From assembly GCA_016928865.1 (NCBI GenBank), contig JAFGJX010000069.1:124913-188912 (forward strand): a stretch of DNA of 64,000 bases, read 5' to 3'. The stretch is from Spirochaetota bacterium. GTDB taxonomy: Bacteria > Spirochaetota > UBA4802 > UBA5550. Under the pieces are notes generated by a model. The model made no database searches, was not told the DNA's origin, and worked only from the letters and a program-made list of their open reading frames with translations. Both the position numbers and the translations under genes were made by a program. Positions 62,302-64,000 of this stretch are shown here, in pieces; the first letter of the stretch is position 1, and each line of letters opens with the position of its first letter.

Positions 62302-63618
62302 ATGAAATCAAAAATTAAAATTAGAATTCCGGATAATTTTACTTGCGAAAGAAAATATGCAATAAAAATTCTGTTGAGCATTATTCTTGATGTTGATTAT
62401 GATCTTGTCATTGATAATAGCAGAGATTATATCATTCATGTTGGTCGAAAAAAACTGATTGTTAATGATCACTTCTTCAATTTATATGATAAACCATCAG
62501 ATTATTTAAAAACTGAATCTATCCCTGATGAGATTCCAAAAATAACAAATGATTTTACACCTGACCGGGAACTTCCGGTTATTTTTGGGAATTCTGATCT
62601 TTATATCACTGAAGATTCTATCATCTGCGGGCAGGATATTTTTGCCTCAGCTTTTTTTATGCTGACGCGGTGGGAGGAATATGCAATTCAAGAAAAGGAT
62701 GAATTCGGCAGATTTCCTGATCATATGCATCTTTCCGTAAAAAATAATTTTTATCAAAGGCCTGTGGTCAACGAATACGCTGAATACCTGAGGAATATAC
62801 TTGTATATCTTGGCTTTGAAGATCAAAAAGCATCAGGACGATATACTATTTATATCACACATGATGTTGACCGTATATATGGAAATTCTGCATCAGATTA
62901 CATGCACAATTTATTGAGGGGGCGCGATCTCAAAAAATCTCTCATTGGGTTATATTACAAAACCTTTCGGGTTAACCCTGCAGAGACCTTTCATTCTCTG
63001 ATGGATATAAGCGAATCGATGAATGTACAATCGCATTTCTATTTTATCAGCGGGGGGTCAACGGCTTACGAAGGATACTATACATTACATAGTCCTCTTG
63101 TTAATGAAATACTGATAGAAATAAAAAAACGTAATCATATTATTGGCTTTCATCCCAGCTACTGTACCTGCGTTGATAATGAACTGTGGTCGGCAGAGAA
63201 AAGGACTTTAGAAGTTACAGCAGGTGTTTCTGTTTACGAGGGGAGACAGCACTACCTGCGGTTTTCAGTTCCGCATACATGGCAGATATGGGATGATAAT
63301 AACATGAACTTCGATTCGACAATGGGATTCAGCCAGCTTGTCGGCTTTCGCTGTGGGACCGGGAATGAATTTCCTGTCTTTAATGTTTTGACGGGCACGG
63401 AATTAAGACTCAGGGAAAAGCCCCTGATAATAATGGATTCAGCGTTAAAAAAAATTAAAGAAATAGATAAAATACATTCTGCTGTCAGCATCTTAAAAAG
63501 TTCAGCGGAAAGGTATAATACGCCTCTCACAATTATTTTTCATAATCACATAATGGATAATACGATATGGAATAAATTGACTGATGCATATAAATTGATT
63601 CTAAATATTAAACAATAA
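62302..63618 (+). CDS. hypothetical protein, possibly a divergent polysaccharide deacetylase (CE4-like) with an N-terminal DUF7033-like region
   Basis: It is very AT-rich. The motif DIFASAFFMLTRWEE..DEFGRFP lies in the N-terminal half. YITHDVDRIY and IIGFHPSY resemble the NodB metal-binding motifs. It is adjacent to a GT4 gene. Confidence 0.4.
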   Translation: MKSKIKIRIPDNFTCERKYAIKILLSIILDVDYDLVIDNSRDYIIHVGRKKLIVNDHFFNLYDKPSDYLKTESIPDEIPKITNDFTPDRELPVIFGNSDLYITEDSIICGQDIFASAFFMLTRWEEYAIQEKDEFGRFPDHMHLSVKNNFYQRPVVNEYAEYLRNILVYLGFEDQKASGRYTIYITHDVDRIYGNSASDYMHNLLRGRDLKKSLIGLYYKTFRVNPAETFHSLMDISESMNVQSHFYFISGGSTAYEGYYTLHSPLVNEILIEIKKRNHIIGFHPSYCTCVDNELWSAEKRTLEVTAGVSVYEGRQHYLRFSVPHTWQIWDDNNMNFDSTMGFSQLVGFRCGTGNEFPVFNVLTGTELRLREKPLIIMDSALKKIKEIDKIHSAVSILKSSAERYNTPLTIIFHNHIMDNTIWNKLTDAYKLILNIKQ

Positions 63619-63629
63619 AGTGTAATTAT

Positions 63630-64000
63630 ATGACTGGCAAGAAGAGAAAGCAAAAAAAAGTACTGATTATTGTTGAGAACCTTCCGGTCCCTCATGACAA
63701 AAGAGTATGGCAGGAGGCCCAGGCTCTGGCCAGGGCCGGGTACAAGGTTGCCGTTATCAGCCCCAGAGGGAAAGGATATCAAAAAAGCTTTGAAATCATT
63801 AATGACGTATCAATATACCGTCATCCCATACCCCTGGAAGCAAGGAGAGCGCTGGAATATTTGATCGAATATCCGGCTGCTTTATTCTGGGAATTTATAC
63901 TGTCGTTAAAGGTTTTTTTTACACATGGTTTTGATGTCATACAGGCCTGCAATCCCCCCGATACCATTTTTTTAATCGGATTATTTTATAAAATATTTTT
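63630..64000 (+). CDS. glycosyltransferase family 4 protein, N-terminal part (runs off the window)
   Basis: My own translation gives MTGKKRKQKKVLIIVENLPVPHDKRVWQEAQALARAGYKVAVISPRGKG..FDVIQACNPPDTIFLIG, the characteristic N-terminus of a widespread GT4 subfamily. It is absent from the ORF track because no stop lies within the window. Confidence 0.78.
   Translation, partial: MTGKKRKQKKVLIIVENLPVPHDKRVWQEAQALARAGYKVAVISPRGKGYQKSFEIINDVSIYRHPIPLEARRALEYLIEYPAALFWEFILSLKVFFTHGFDVIQACNPPDTIFLIGLFYKIF

Noticed and set aside
1-64000. tRNA, rRNA, tmRNA, RNase P, SRP RNA genes and CRISPR arrays
   Set aside because: I saw no T-loop/acceptor-type signatures, no conserved cores of these RNAs, and no spaced direct repeats in any intergenic region. 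This was a visual scan only and should be confirmed with tRNAscan-SE, Infernal and a CRISPR finder.

Overview
This is a 64-kb chromosomal segment, mostly housekeeping genes, from a moderately GC-rich, diderm, flagellated and probably anaerobic bacterium. The phylum cannot be assigned from sequence alone. The flgN-flgK-flgL-fliW-csrA gene order, LolCDE, PFOR, anaerobic GlpAB and archaeal-type AroA'/AroB' fit Spirochaetota- or Desulfobacterota-like lineages. I can support about 60 protein-coding genes. They include four aminoacyl-tRNA synthetase genes (glnS, gltX, pheS, pheT), mutL, a split coaC/coaB, the AmmeMemoRadiSam A/B pair, lolE/lolD, a late flagellar module, the alternative shikimate entry enzymes, nifJ-type PFOR, ugd, a glpAB-centred respiratory cluster, several c-di-GMP/cAMP signalling genes, and the start of an AT-rich glycan-biosynthesis locus at the 3' end. 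I saw no rRNA, tRNA, CRISPR array or intact mobile element. I found no recognisable defence or toxin system. Five observations stand out. (1) glpAB is wired to a membrane cytochrome-b/FeS protein plus a separate HdrB-like CCG protein instead of a canonical GlpC, with a CxxCH motif in a predicted outward-facing loop. (2) A ~400-bp non-coding element at 15.9-16.3 kb consists of two inverted GC-rich units, each with its own strong hairpin. (3) A perfect 20-bp inverted repeat closes a 63-nt insert at 60.07-60.18 kb. (4) A pseudo-receiver domain (Asp to Glu) is fused to an RsbW-like kinase domain. (5) A decayed IS3-like transposase sits at the boundary of the AT-rich glycan locus. All functional calls rest on motif recognition by eye. 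No database search was run.
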